A stretch of DNA of 64,000 nucleotides from Minisyncoccota bacterium (GTDB lineage Bacteria; Patescibacteriota; Minisyncoccia; Phycocordibacterales; JAQTLZ01), in contig JAQTSY010000006.1 of NCBI GenBank assembly GCA_028711065.1, positions 213-64,212 of the forward strand. Reading direction: 5' to 3'. How positions within the stretch are numbered: the stretch's first letter is position 1; the number at the start of each line of letters is the position of its first letter. Of this stretch, positions 53,294 through 64,000 are shown in pieces. Position numbers and translations under genes: made by a program. A model generated the notes under the pieces. It saw nothing but the letters and a program-made list of their open reading frames with translations, did not search any database and had not been told where the DNA came from.

Positions 53294-56200
53294 ATGAAAC
53301 TTGCAACACAGAGCGGTCGTCATTCCTTTGTTTGCAAAGTGGTTTTTTGTGTTGCCTCAGTTTTTTTTGTAGCTGCGCTTATTAAGCCCACTACAACTTT
53401 TGCAGCTGCGAGAACTGCCTCGGTTACTGGTAACTGGAGTAATACTGCCACGTGGGGAGGCAGCTCTGTTCCTGGAGCTAGCGATACAGTTACTATCAAT
53501 TCAGGTGTCATCGTCACAGTAGACGTAACCTCCTCTGCAACTTCTATTACATTTCCAACAGCATCTGCTGCTACAAAATTAGTCATCAATTCTGGAGTGA
53601 CACTTACTGTCTCCGGCGCGGTAACTATCCCTGAAGGGTCGGGTGCGGGTAACAATACCCTCGCTGTAGGTTCCGGAACCTTGGTTGCCGGAAGTGTCGC
53701 CTTTACCAATGCGGCAAATGCCAAAAAACATTCGATGTCGATATCCACAGGCACGGTAACTGTCTCGGGTGCAATTTCTATTGACGGCTCAAATAAAAAA
53801 AGCCCCAATGTATCAATCACTGGTGCAGGAACCCTAAACGTGGGCGGGGCATTTTTTACTGGCTCTAACAACACAGGGCTTATTACTACTTCTTCAGGAA
53901 GCACGATAAATTACAACGGTTCGGGAGCTCAAACGGTGAAAGCCGCTACGTATACCGGAAATCTAGTTCTTTCCGGAAGCGGAGCAAAATCTATCAGTGC
54001 GTCTAATGTTACCGCTACGACTGCTAATTTGAGTATTGCTCCCGATTCGGGCGGAGCCACTGCCAGTATGACTGGATCACTTACCGTGGGGACCCTCAAA
54101 CTTGCTGGGGTGGGAAAGGCGAGTGGTACTTACGGTAGTACTTCATCTTCAGCAACTACCAAAACCAATACCTATTTTGCTGGAAGCGGACTGGTAAGTG
54201 TCACCACTAGTACTGTGGACACGACCGCACCAACTATTTCCAATGTTACGTCAGCACTCGCCAATGGAACGTACAAAGCGGGACAAGTTATTGATATTGA
54301 TGTTACATTTTCAGAACAAGTCACTTCTACGGGAAATGTGACGGTAAATCTTGATACCGGCAGGAGTTGCACGTTTACTGTGAGTGCTGCGACGACAGGA
54401 ACCTGCAATTACACCGTACAGGCCGGTGACACCTCAAGCGATCTTACTGCTTCATCCATTAGCGGAACCATTGCGGACACGACTGGGAATGCCATGACCA
54501 ACTTTACTCCTGCTACGAATCTCGCTGCCAACAAAGCAATCGTTATTGATACTACCGCACCGACGGTTTCTTCCGTGACGTCTTCCACATCAAATGGCAG
54601 CTACACCACTGGCGCGACCGTTTCCATCCAAGTAAATTTTTCTGAAGCGGTGAATGTTACCGGCACGCCGCAACTTACCCTACAAACCACTTCCACTACT
54701 ACTCGAGCTTTAAACTATGTGTCAGGAACTGGCGGGACAGCACTTACTTTCACCTATTTAGTCCAGGCGGGCGATAACTCCAGCGATCTTGACTATAGTG
54801 CGACGAGCGCACTTGCTCTCAATAGCGGTACCATAAGCGATACGGCCACGAATGCCGCCACGCTTACACTTCCAACCCCGGGATCGAGTCACACTGGTTC
54901 ATTGAGCAACACCTCTGCGATTGTTATTGATACGACCGCGCCGACAGTTGTGAATGTCACCTCATCAAATGCCAACGGTAATTATAAAGCAGGGGAAGTG
55001 ATAGCGGTGCAAGTTGTTTTTTCAGAGCCTGTGACAGTGAGCAACACTCCGCACCTCGTGCTCCTTACCGGGTCTCCGGCAACCAAAAATGTCGGCTATT
55101 CCTCCGGTTCAGGTTCTACCACTCTTGAATTCGACTATACGGTCGGAGCAAACAACTTCACTTCTGATCTCGAATACGCCTCGGCCGGAGCGCTCTCCAC
55201 CAGTAATTCGGGTTCGGCTTCTACAATTCAGGACGCTGCTGGCAATGCCGCGACGATCACCCTTCCGACTCCAGGCACAACAGGCTCTTTAGGCTATAAC
55301 AAAAACATCATCATTGATTCCACCGCTCCGACGGTCACCCTTACCTCCACCTCAACTTCTCTTACAAATGTTCCCATTCCTGTCACCGCTCGATTTTCTG
55401 AAGCAGTCACTGGGTTTACATCGGGAGATGTTTCTGTGATTACGAGTAATGCCACGGTTGGGAGTTTTGTGACCGTCTCTAGTTCGACATATACATTTGT
55501 AGTTACGCCAACCGGACAGGGTCTAGTGAGCATTTCTATTCCAGGTAGCGCTGCGACTGATATTGCGGGAAACGCAAACACCGTTTCAAACACACTTTCT
55601 CGCACCTATGACAGCGTCGCTCCGACAGTTGCGCTCACCACTTCAACCGTTTCCCCGACACTAACAACGCCAATAAGTTACACCGCGACTTTTTCTGAAG
55701 CAATGACCGGATTTACCGTCTCGGATATTACTGCAACCAATGCGACCGTCGGTAATTTTCATACAGTGTCGAGCCAAGTGTACACGTTTGATGTCTCTCC
55801 TATTAGTAATCCTATAGACAACGTGGATGTCTACACGTCCGTGGACGCCGGGAAAGCCACGGATGCGGCAGGAAATGCTAATACCGCATCAGACAGCGGA
55901 GTTCCCTCCTATATAAGATTTGATAACCACAGCCCCACTGTCGCACTCACATCGTCGGCCGGAGATTTTGTCAATGCGCCTTTTTCTGTTACCGCGACAT
56001 TTGCTGAATCAGTTACGGGTTTTGTTCTCGGTGATATTTCTGTTACGCATGGCACGGCAGGAAGTTTTACTCCTGTTTCCGGTTCTGTTTATACGTTCAC
56101 GGTGACACCGACGAGCCAGGCCCTTGTTTCAGTCTCTGTTGCGGCTGGAGTTGCGCAAGATAATGCACTGAACGCAAATCTTGCCTCGAACGTATTGCAA

Positions 56201-59200
56201 ACGACATACGACACTGGCGCCCCTACGGTGGTTCTTAGTACGGCTCAATCGAGTCCTACCAATGTCTCACCAGTTTCTGTGACGGCGACTTTTTCTGAAA
56301 CTGTCACAGGATTTACGGTAGATGATATTTCTCTCACAAATGCTACGGCAGATAATTTTCTTGGATCCGGTACAACGTATACATTTGATGTTACTCCTTC
56401 GGGTCAAGGTGCCGTGACAGTGAGTCTTCCCGACGGAAGCGCAATTGACGTTGCAAATAATAACAGCACTGTATCGAACACGCTGTCGTTTACTTACGAT
56501 ACCGTTGCTCCGACGCTCACTGAGGACACGCCAGTTCCAGCGCTGACGACGGACACCACGCCGAATTATTCATTCAGGACTAATGAAAACGGAACAATAA
56601 CCTACGGCGGGAGCTGTAGTTCTGGAACTTCTTCTGCGCTTGCTTCTGCCACCACAACTGTCACTTTTAATACTTTGGCGAATGGCAGTTATAACGACTG
56701 CTCTATTACTGTTACAGACGCTGCAGGAAATGCGAGCTCGCCTCTTATAGTTCCTGCTTTTACGATCAACAATAGCGATCCAGTTGTCATCTCATATTCA
56801 CCAGCGAACAACGCGACCGGTGTTTTGGCTAATGCCAATCTCATTTTGACCTTCGATAAGGTTGTTACTGCGGGAACGGGAAATATTTATTTGAAGCAAG
56901 GAGGAACTACGATCGAGACTATTGATGTAACGAGCGGGCAGGTGACAGGTTCTGGTACAAATATTATTACGATTAATCCAACCACGACGTTAAGCAGTCA
57001 GACCACCTACACTATTCAAATAGATATCAATGCATTTCATGACTCATTCGGGAATGGCTATCCAGGAATCTCTGATAATACGACATGGAGCTTTACCAGT
57101 GCCGATACGGTCGCACCTACAGTAAGCTCTCTTTCACCGGCAACTCTTGCTACAGGAGCACCCGTGCATTCCTCGCTTGCAATTACTTTTAGTGAAAATG
57201 TTATTGTCCAAAGCGGGGGATTCGTGACGATCCGCAAAGCCGATAATTCTGTAGTAGAAGATATTTCTGTGACAAGCGGCGAAGTGACTGGATCGGGCAC
57301 GAGTGTGATACTCATAACTCCGAGCGTTACTTTGGATGGCTTGACGAACTATCACGTTACCGTAACCGCGACCGCGTTTGCAGATAGCGCCGGAAATTAT
57401 TACGCCGGAATATCTGATGCCACCACCTGGACATTTCAGACACTCGATACCTCGAATCCTTTCGTCACAGCATTTTCACCTGCCAATTTTGCAACGGGAG
57501 TTTCGGCGACCGCGAACTTGGTTATGACGTTTGATAGAGCGGTCTATGTGGAAACGGGGACTACTACCATTAAGACCGGGGGTTCTACTGTTGAATCAAT
57601 TGCTTTGACTGATGGTACTAAAGTGACGGGCTCGGGCACAAATACTATCACCATTAATCCCGCCACGACCTTGAGCAGCCAAACGACCTATTACATTCAA
57701 ATTGATGCTGGCGCGCTGAATGACTCATCGGATGGCTTAGGTAATCCATTTGATGGAATTTCTGATACTACCACCTGGACTTTTACCACACTTGATACCA
57801 CCAATCCAACGCTTTCTTCTATTGCTCTTTCTTCGAACAATACACTTTCTTCGTCATTAGCGAAGGCGGGAGACACGATGACACTTTCATTTGTTGCAAG
57901 TGAAAGCATTTCTACACCAACGGTGAGCTTTACTTCTGGGGGTGTGTCGGTTGCCAATGCTGTGTCAGTTACAAATACCACCGGTAACAATTGGATCGCT
58001 TCATATACAGCTAGTTCTTCTGACACAAATGGAGCAGTAGCTTACAGCATCAATACCTATCACGATACAACTGGAAATAATGGTTCAGCATACACAAGCG
58101 GAACAGGTTCTGTGACATTTGATAAGACTGTGCCAACACTCTCATCTGTAAACCTGGTTTCCAATAATTCCACCAACACGAGAGCGAAAGTGGGGAACCT
58201 CATCACTCTTTCATTCACTTCGAGCGAAACAATTTCTACTCCAGCAGTAAGCTTTACTTCAGGTGGGGCACCGGTGACAGGCACTGTAACAGTCGCTTCT
58301 TCAACGAATAGTTGGACAGCTACGTACACCATGAGTTCTTCTGACACGGCGGGCAGTATTGGTTACAGTATAAATACTTTTCACGACAATGCAGGGAATA
58401 ACGGTGATGCAGTTACAAGTGGAACAGGGAGCGTGACCTTCGACAAAACCGTTCCGACTCTGTCTTCTGTCACCCCTGCTTCTTCTGCTACGATTAGTAA
58501 TGTAACCTCGTCTTCCGCTATCGCTTTCACTTCGAGTGAGGCCTTGGGGAGCGGTTCGGTTACCATTACCAGAAGCTCCGGAGCAGCCGATGGCACAGTG
58601 CATACTTGTACGCTGAAAGGCACAGCACTCGATGCGGGCGCTCACATCATTGATCTTTCTGATACAACCAATAGCTGTACCTTGGATGTTTCTTCTCTCG
58701 TTTCTGGCACTGTTTACACATTTGTGTTTGCCGGAAGCGATCTTTCGGGAAATGCAGCAACGTCTGTGACGAGAACGGGTATCATTTTTGACACCACTGC
58801 GCCTACGCTTTCATCCGTCACTCTCGTGTCCAGCAATTCCACAAACACGCAAGCAAAAGTAGGCGATGTTATAACACTTTCGTTTACGGCAAGCGAGACT
58901 ATCTCTCTGCCGACGGTAACTTTTTCTTCCGGCGGTGATCCTGTGAACGGCTCTATTGTTGTGAGAAATCCATCTGGTAATAATTGGACAGCCACCTATA
59001 CAGCGGGTTCTTCTGATACAGAAGGAAGTGTGACTTACCGTATCAGTGATTTTTCAGATAGTGTCAGCAATGCCGGCTTGGCGGTAACAACTGGAAGCGG
59101 CGGCGTTACCTTTGATAAGACAGTACCCACCATCACCAATGTCACCTCGTCAAAAGCCAACGGTACCTATTCTGTCGGTGAGTCGATTCCTATAAACCTT

Positions 59201-61507
59201 ACTTTTTCCGAAGCCGTCACTTCCGACGGAGAGGTGACCGTAACACTTGATACGGGAAGGACCTGCGTCTTTTCTCTCACCTCTGACACATCAGGAAGCT
59301 GCAATTATATAGTTCAAGACGGAGATTCGTCGAGTGACCTCAACGTCACTTCTATTCTAGGAACCATTTCGGATGTTGCGGGCAATGCACTGACTAATTT
59401 CACTCCGGCAACAAACCTCGCGGCCAATAAAGCCATTGTCATCGACTCAACAGCACCCGACACAAGTATTCCTACTATTACAGATGTCACTTCAACAAAA
59501 GGGAACGGCTCGTATACTACTGGAGTATCGATTGATATTCGCGTGACATTTTCTGAATCTGTGAGCTCTACGGGCAATGTGACGGTCACTCTTGATACTG
59601 GCGGAACCTGCTCATTCAGCGTGGCAACGAGCTCTTCCGGCAGTTGTAATTATGTCGTGGGTGGAGGTGAGACTTCTTCCGATCTTACCGTTACATCAAT
59701 TTCCGGGACCATAAAAGATGCTGCAAACAATACTTTGGTGGATTTCAATCCTGCAACAAATTTAGCAGATAATAAGGCGATTGTTATTGATACGACGATA
59801 CCAATCCTCTCTTCCGTTACCCCAGCGTCTTCCGTCACTATAGATAACGTCACATCATCTTCTTCGATCGCATTTACTGCAAGTGAGAGCTTAGGAAGCG
59901 GTTCTATCACCATCTCTCGATCTTCTGGAGAAACCGATGACACGATCCATACCTGTACGCTCAAAGGTACAGCACTCAATGCCGGCGCACACACCATTAA
60001 TCTTTCTGATACCACTAACAGCTGTACTTCAAATGTTTCAGACCTAGTTTCAGGTGCAGTTTATAGTTTTGTGTTTGCTGGAAGCGATTTGGCTGGGAAT
60101 CCTGCAGACCCTGTTACGGGCGACGAAGTTACCTATTTTATTACTGTGCCTGTTGTAGATGTAGCGGGTATCACTGTCACAGGTACTGGAGATGCAACCA
60201 CTATTAGTGCCGATGGAGGGACTCTCCAAATGCTTGCGAGTGTTCTTCCTGGAGACGCCACAAATTCTTCCGTGACATGGAGTATTGTTTCGGGAGGCGA
60301 CTTCGCTTCAATTGATGGAGATGGTCTTCTTACTGCCACAGGAAACGGGGAAGTTACTGTTCGAGCGACAGCAAACGATGGGTCAGAAGTATACGGTGAA
60401 CTTATTATTACCATAAGCGGGCAGACAATCCCTACCACTCCTGTTTCTGGCATTACAGTCACTGGTACTGGAGATGCAACAACGATTACTGATGCTGGCG
60501 GTACTCTTCAAATGTTAGCGGATGTACTGCCGGTTGATGCCACTGATTCATCAGTCACATGGAGTATAACTACCGGCGGAGACAACGCTTCTATTGATGC
60601 GGACGGCCTTTTGACTGCGATTGCAGACGGGGAAGTTACTGTTCGAGCGACAGCAGATGACGGATCGGAGGTTTACGGAGAACTTGTTATCACAATTACA
60701 GGACAGACAGTTTCTACACCGACACCGACCCCAGAACCGACAGCCACTCCTACCCCTGATCCAACCCCAACCCCTACTCCTGATACAACTCCAACACCTG
60801 ATCCAACTCCGACGCCAACACCGACTGCAACCCCAACCCCAACACCAACGAGGACGCACGCAAGAGCTTCTTCGGGCGGTTCTTCAGGTGGTGGCGGAGG
60901 AGGAAAAGCCCATGCCTTGAGCAATCCCGTATTTTGTACCTCAAATATCTATCCAACCAAGCTAATAAAATTCGGTGTGAAAAATGATCCCGAACAAGTA
61001 AAACTGCTCGAACGTTATTTGAATGCCTTTGAAAACGCGAAATTACCAGTTAATGGTGTGTATTCAAAAGATGATATGTCCGCCTTTATTCTCTGGCAGA
61101 AAAAATATGTACCCGAAGTATTAAGGCCATCAGTGAAAATCAATGAGGAGGGCTATGTAGCCACTGCCAGTCTTACCAAATTGAAAACTCTCTTTCTGGC
61201 GAAATGTAAACCTTTTCCGGTCATTGCTCCTCCTGTGTCCAATGCTTTTCCGTCAAAGAAAGCTATACCTTTCGTGTGGAGTCGAGATCTAGAATTTGGA
61301 ACAACCGGCAATGATGTGTTTGCCCTTCAGCAGAGTCTCATTTCCTTGAAGGTGGGCCCGGCGGGCGAAGCTCTGGCAAAGAATGGGCCAACTCATTATT
61401 TTGGGATATTTACACAGCGAGCGCTTATTGAATTCCAGAAAGCAAAAGGAATTACACCGGCAATTGGATATTTCGGCCGCAAAACAAAAATGTTTATTTC
61501 CCTCTAG
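53294..61507 (+). CDS. Giant (2737 aa) secreted Ig-like repeat surface protein with PT linker and C-terminal peptidoglycan-binding-like domains
   Basis: Signal peptide; many D.AGN...DTTAP repeats; three SbsA-type Ig domains; two Big_2-like domains; PT run; GGSSGGGGGG; DVFALQQSL...YFGIFTQRALIEFQ...GYFG.KT. Confidence 0.9.
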   Translation: MKLATQSGRHSFVCKVVFCVASVFFVAALIKPTTTFAAARTASVTGNWSNTATWGGSSVPGASDTVTINSGVIVTVDVTSSATSITFPTASAATKLVINSGVTLTVSGAVTIPEGSGAGNNTLAVGSGTLVAGSVAFTNAANAKKHSMSISTGTVTVSGAISIDGSNKKSPNVSITGAGTLNVGGAFFTGSNNTGLITTSSGSTINYNGSGAQTVKAATYTGNLVLSGSGAKSISASNVTATTANLSIAPDSGGATASMTGSLTVGTLKLAGVGKASGTYGSTSSSATTKTNTYFAGSGLVSVTTSTVDTTAPTISNVTSALANGTYKAGQVIDIDVTFSEQVTSTGNVTVNLDTGRSCTFTVSAATTGTCNYTVQAGDTSSDLTASSISGTIADTTGNAMTNFTPATNLAANKAIVIDTTAPTVSSVTSSTSNGSYTTGATVSIQVNFSEAVNVTGTPQLTLQTTSTTTRALNYVSGTGGTALTFTYLVQAGDNSSDLDYSATSALALNSGTISDTATNAATLTLPTPGSSHTGSLSNTSAIVIDTTAPTVVNVTSSNANGNYKAGEVIAVQVVFSEPVTVSNTPHLVLLTGSPATKNVGYSSGSGSTTLEFDYTVGANNFTSDLEYASAGALSTSNSGSASTIQDAAGNAATITLPTPGTTGSLGYNKNIIIDSTAPTVTLTSTSTSLTNVPIPVTARFSEAVTGFTSGDVSVITSNATVGSFVTVSSSTYTFVVTPTGQGLVSISIPGSAATDIAGNANTVSNTLSRTYDSVAPTVALTTSTVSPTLTTPISYTATFSEAMTGFTVSDITATNATVGNFHTVSSQVYTFDVSPISNPIDNVDVYTSVDAGKATDAAGNANTASDSGVPSYIRFDNHSPTVALTSSAGDFVNAPFSVTATFAESVTGFVLGDISVTHGTAGSFTPVSGSVYTFTVTPTSQALVSVSVAAGVAQDNALNANLASNVLQTTYDTGAPTVVLSTAQSSPTNVSPVSVTATFSETVTGFTVDDISLTNATADNFLGSGTTYTFDVTPSGQGAVTVSLPDGSAIDVANNNSTVSNTLSFTYDTVAPTLTEDTPVPALTTDTTPNYSFRTNENGTITYGGSCSSGTSSALASATTTVTFNTLANGSYNDCSITVTDAAGNASSPLIVPAFTINNSDPVVISYSPANNATGVLANANLILTFDKVVTAGTGNIYLKQGGTTIETIDVTSGQVTGSGTNIITINPTTTLSSQTTYTIQIDINAFHDSFGNGYPGISDNTTWSFTSADTVAPTVSSLSPATLATGAPVHSSLAITFSENVIVQSGGFVTIRKADNSVVEDISVTSGEVTGSGTSVILITPSVTLDGLTNYHVTVTATAFADSAGNYYAGISDATTWTFQTLDTSNPFVTAFSPANFATGVSATANLVMTFDRAVYVETGTTTIKTGGSTVESIALTDGTKVTGSGTNTITINPATTLSSQTTYYIQIDAGALNDSSDGLGNPFDGISDTTTWTFTTLDTTNPTLSSIALSSNNTLSSSLAKAGDTMTLSFVASESISTPTVSFTSGGVSVANAVSVTNTTGNNWIASYTASSSDTNGAVAYSINTYHDTTGNNGSAYTSGTGSVTFDKTVPTLSSVNLVSNNSTNTRAKVGNLITLSFTSSETISTPAVSFTSGGAPVTGTVTVASSTNSWTATYTMSSSDTAGSIGYSINTFHDNAGNNGDAVTSGTGSVTFDKTVPTLSSVTPASSATISNVTSSSAIAFTSSEALGSGSVTITRSSGAADGTVHTCTLKGTALDAGAHIIDLSDTTNSCTLDVSSLVSGTVYTFVFAGSDLSGNAATSVTRTGIIFDTTAPTLSSVTLVSSNSTNTQAKVGDVITLSFTASETISLPTVTFSSGGDPVNGSIVVRNPSGNNWTATYTAGSSDTEGSVTYRISDFSDSVSNAGLAVTTGSGGVTFDKTVPTITNVTSSKANGTYSVGESIPINLTFSEAVTSDGEVTVTLDTGRTCVFSLTSDTSGSCNYIVQDGDSSSDLNVTSILGTISDVAGNALTNFTPATNLAANKAIVIDSTAPDTSIPTITDVTSTKGNGSYTTGVSIDIRVTFSESVSSTGNVTVTLDTGGTCSFSVATSSSGSCNYVVGGGETSSDLTVTSISGTIKDAANNTLVDFNPATNLADNKAIVIDTTIPILSSVTPASSVTIDNVTSSSSIAFTASESLGSGSITISRSSGETDDTIHTCTLKGTALNAGAHTINLSDTTNSCTSNVSDLVSGAVYSFVFAGSDLAGNPADPVTGDEVTYFITVPVVDVAGITVTGTGDATTISADGGTLQMLASVLPGDATNSSVTWSIVSGGDFASIDGDGLLTATGNGEVTVRATANDGSEVYGELIITISGQTIPTTPVSGITVTGTGDATTITDAGGTLQMLADVLPVDATDSSVTWSITTGGDNASIDADGLLTAIADGEVTVRATADDGSEVYGELVITITGQTVSTPTPTPEPTATPTPDPTPTPTPDTTPTPDPTPTPTPTATPTPTPTRTHARASSGGSSGGGGGGKAHALSNPVFCTSNIYPTKLIKFGVKNDPEQVKLLERYLNAFENAKLPVNGVYSKDDMSAFILWQKKYVPEVLRPSVKINEEGYVATASLTKLKTLFLAKCKPFPVIAPPVSNAFPSKKAIPFVWSRDLEFGTTGNDVFALQQSLISLKVGPAGEALAKNGPTHYFGIFTQRALIEFQKAKGITPAIGYFGRKTKMFISL

Positions 61508-61580
61508 CGAAGCCAGAGGAGCGATTGTCTTCCCCTATAGGGGTGCTATAATAAATGCCGTTACTAATTAACTAAAACAT

Positions 61581-61835
61581 ATGGAGAAAAAAGTTTCTGC
61601 GTTTATGAAGCCGATGACTGTGAGTAGCGATCTAGCAGCTGTAGTAGGAAAGGGCCCGATGCCTCGAAGCGAGGTGGTAAAAGGACTCTGGGTATACATC
61701 AAGAAGAATAATCTTCAAGATCCAAAGAACAAGCGAAACATTATGGCTGACGAAGCGCTTAAGAAAGTATTCGGCGGAAAGGCGGTGGTCAATATGTTTG
61801 AGATGACGAAGTTGGTTTCAAAACACCTCTCATAA
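61581..61835 (+). CDS. Stand-alone SWIB/MDM2 domain protein
   Basis: SSDLAAVVG..PMPRSEVVK.LW.YIK.NNLQDPKNKR.I.AD..L..VF. Confidence 0.92.
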   Translation: MEKKVSAFMKPMTVSSDLAAVVGKGPMPRSEVVKGLWVYIKKNNLQDPKNKRNIMADEALKKVFGGKAVVNMFEMTKLVSKHLS

Positions 61836-61849
61836 TTTCGAGAATGCTC

Positions 61850-61885
61850 GAAGCAAAAAAGCGCCCCTGGGCGCTTTTTTGCTTC
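61850..61885 (+). terminator. Intrinsic terminator
   Basis: GAAGCAAAAAAGCGCC-CCTG-GGCGCTTTTTTGCTTC. Confidence 0.85.
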
Positions 61886-61965
61886 TTATCCCCAAACTTC
61901 CTTCCTTTCGCAAATCTTTTTCTGTAGAATAAAGGGACTAGCTAATTAGTTTATCTTTTACAATA

Positions 61966-64000
61966 ATGAAAATTTTTTCTAAGGGAGCATCTGTCTTTCT
62001 GGTGGTTTGTCTTGTGTTTAGTACTTTTCTTGCGTTTCCAGCATTTGCAGTAAGTACTTCTGTAACAAAAATTGGTTTTAATGCAACCAGCCAGCCTTCG
62101 AGCTTTACTGTCGGCGTATCGAATGCTGCAAGTTCTCCGCTTCGGATTCAGTCGCAAAATGTGGGAAATACTGGAGAAGATATTTCAGGAGGGGATTCAA
62201 TGACAGTGCTTCTTACTTCTGGTTCTGCTTCGGGACGCTTCGACTCAACCACTACCGGTGCATTCGCTAGCACAAGTATTTCGCTTGTAATTCCTTCAAA
62301 CTCGCAAAACACTCCTAACTTTTTCTATCGAGACACAACCGCAGGCTCAGTGACTTTGACAGGCACTGTGACGGCAGTTACGGGCTCACTTTCCGGAACG
62401 CTTGTTGGTAAAACAGCGACGATCACAAAGACAGTGAACAAGGCGAATGTAAAATTGACCAATTTCACTGCGGATAATTTTTCTCCCTTTTTCGGTCAAA
62501 CAGTCACTCTTTCGGTAAATGTTTCGAATGCAACTTCGGGCGGGGTGGGAACTCCAAATGGCCAGGTTCAATTCAACCTAGCTGGCACGGGAACGCACCT
62601 TGGAACTGCGATACCTGATGCTAATGGAAATGCGGTATTTGCGATAAGTACGCTCGGCGACAATAGTTCCGTCAGCGCATCTGATATAAACGCAAAATAT
62701 CTTGGTGATAGCAATTTTAATGCGACTGCTGGAGGTGGCGGTGTCTCTTTGTCTTCTTCAGTTACTGTTACTCCCGATCATACAAATCCGGTCATTACTC
62801 GTCTTGGTGTAAATCCTGCGACTGTTCTTGTTGGCGACGTTTACGCGGATGCAGGAGCAACTGCTAGCGACACGGAAGACGGTGATCTCACTTCTTCTCT
62901 TGTTACGGGAGGATTACCGATCGATACTTCAATTCCTGGCGGGCATACCGTTACTTATAATGTGACAGATTTAGCGGGTAATAACGCTACTCAGGTCACA
63001 CGAACCGTGAATGTTGTTGCTCCAACCCCGACACCAACCCCTGTTCCGACACCTTCTCCTACTCCTGTTCCAACTCCCACCCCAACACCTGTGCCTACGC
63101 CCACACCGACCCCTGAACCAACACCTAGCCCTACACCGGAGCCGACTCCATCACCCACACCCGAACCTACACCAAGTCCAACCCCTGTTCCGACACCTTC
63201 ACCAACCCCAACTCCAACGCCGAGCCCCACTCCTACTCCTAAAGTAAATGTTACAACGAGCATTTTGGCTTCAGACAACAATCCTTCCATTTTCGGCCAG
63301 CCGGTTACTTTGACAGTTTCTATCACCTCTGCTGTGGCGGGAGATTTGCGAATTCCGACAGGCATTGCTGATTTTAGAGACGTGACTGCTTCAGGAACTC
63401 CTGTCGTCATTGGTACATCAACGCTTGATGTTACGGGACATGCTTCACTTATCGTCAGCAATCTTCCAGTTGGTACTCGAAAATTAAAAGTTGCTTACGA
63501 AGGAGATTCAAATTTTAATTCCACAACAGGAGCGGGTCAGACAACATCTGTGCCGACTCTTAATCAGGTAGTTCAGCCCGTTCCGACTCCAACTCCTTCA
63601 CCTACTCCGTCTCCTACTCCATCACCAACTCCTGTTCCGACGCCGTCTCCAACCCCGGAACCTACTCCAACTCCAGTACCTACGCCGAGTCCTACTCCCG
63701 TCCCGACCCCAAGCCCTACACCAGAACCAACTCCGTCTCCCACGCCAGAACCTACACCTAGCCCCACCCCCGAGCCGACCGCTACCCCAACCCCTACTCC
63801 GGTTGTAACACCTTCACCAACACCTTCACCAACACCTTCACCAACACCTTCACCAACACCTTCACCAACACCTTCACCAACACCTTCACCAACACCTTCA
63901 CCAACACCTTCACCAACACCTACACCAACACCTACACCAACACCTACACCAACACCTACACCAACACCTACACCAACACCTACACCAACACCAACACCAA
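61966..64000 (+). CDS. Second secreted Ig-like surface protein with long Pro/Thr linkers (runs off window)
   Basis: Manual translation from ATG 61966 [28 protein letters not shown]; DUF5011-like [17 protein letters not shown]; Big_3-like [19 protein letters not shown]; no stop seen in the segments translated. Confidence 0.85.
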   Translation, partial: MKIFSKGASVFLVVCLVFSTFLAFPAFAVSTSVTKIGFNATSQPSSFTVGVSNAASSPLRIQSQNVGNTGEDISGGDSMTVLLTSGSASGRFDSTTTGAFASTSISLVIPSNSQNTPNFFYRDTTAGSVTLTGTVTAVTGSLSGTLVGKTATITKTVNKANVKLTNFTADNFSPFFGQTVTLSVNVSNATSGGVGTPNGQVQFNLAGTGTHLGTAIPDANGNAVFAISTLGDNSSVSASDINAKYLGDSNFNATAGGGGVSLSSSVTVTPDHTNPVITRLGVNPATVLVGDVYADAGATASDTEDGDLTSSLVTGGLPIDTSIPGGHTVTYNVTDLAGNNATQVTRTVNVVAPTPTPTPVPTPSPTPVPTPTPTPVPTPTPTPEPTPSPTPEPTPSPTPEPTPSPTPVPTPSPTPTPTPSPTPTPKVNVTTSILASDNNPSIFGQPVTLTVSITSAVAGDLRIPTGIADFRDVTASGTPVVIGTSTLDVTGHASLIVSNLPVGTRKLKVAYEGDSNFNSTTGAGQTTSVPTLNQVVQPVPTPTPSPTPSPTPSPTPVPTPSPTPEPTPTPVPTPSPTPVPTPSPTPEPTPSPTPEPTPSPTPEPTATPTPTPVVTPSPTPSPTPSPTPSPTPSPTPSPTPSPTPSPTPSPTPTPTPTPTPTPTPTPTPTPTPTPTPTP
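63808..63987 (+). repeat. Perfect 12-bp coding tandem repeat
   Basis: (ACACCTTCACCA)x9 then (ACACCTACACCA)x6, encoding TPSP and TPTP. Confidence 0.9.

Noticed and set aside
63808-64000. CRISPR array
   Set aside because: Spacer-less coding tandem repeat; no cas genes or repeat-spacer arrays seen anywhere in the window.
1-64000. Recoded UGA (genetic code 25)
   Set aside because: Conserved genes are full length in code 11, and TGA terminates genes such as rarA and mreC at expected positions.

Overview
A gene-dense bacterial chromosome segment in the standard genetic code. Gene content and style suggest Patescibacteria/CPR, probably Parcubacteria (inference): trimmed core proteins, mostly SD-less starts, two MreB paralogs, DprA, a SWIB protein and giant Ig-repeat surface proteins. 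Core genes include engB, metK (with a SAM-I-type riboswitch), hpf, a cyclophilin, def-fmt, priA, HTH-murA, two mreB, mreC, mrdA, frr, rseP, proS, greA, lysS, rpmG, rarA, miaA, parB, rel/spoT, topA, dprA, serS, an ftsQ-like gene, a Clp-like ATPase, dus and dnaX. There are three tRNA genes (Trp, Leu, Gln). The most striking unexplained signal is non-coding. Each tRNA gene is followed by a trailer containing an antisense copy of its own T-arm/acceptor 3' strand and then a second sense copy. At least three families of structured three-way-junction elements recur directly after tRNA ends and stop codons, with conserved cores, variable outer stems and compensatory changes. About eleven solo accessory cassettes with SD sequences sit between core genes; they include a DDE-less IS1595 transposase derivative and an SPFH-like paralog pair. 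All calls are by eye, without database searches.
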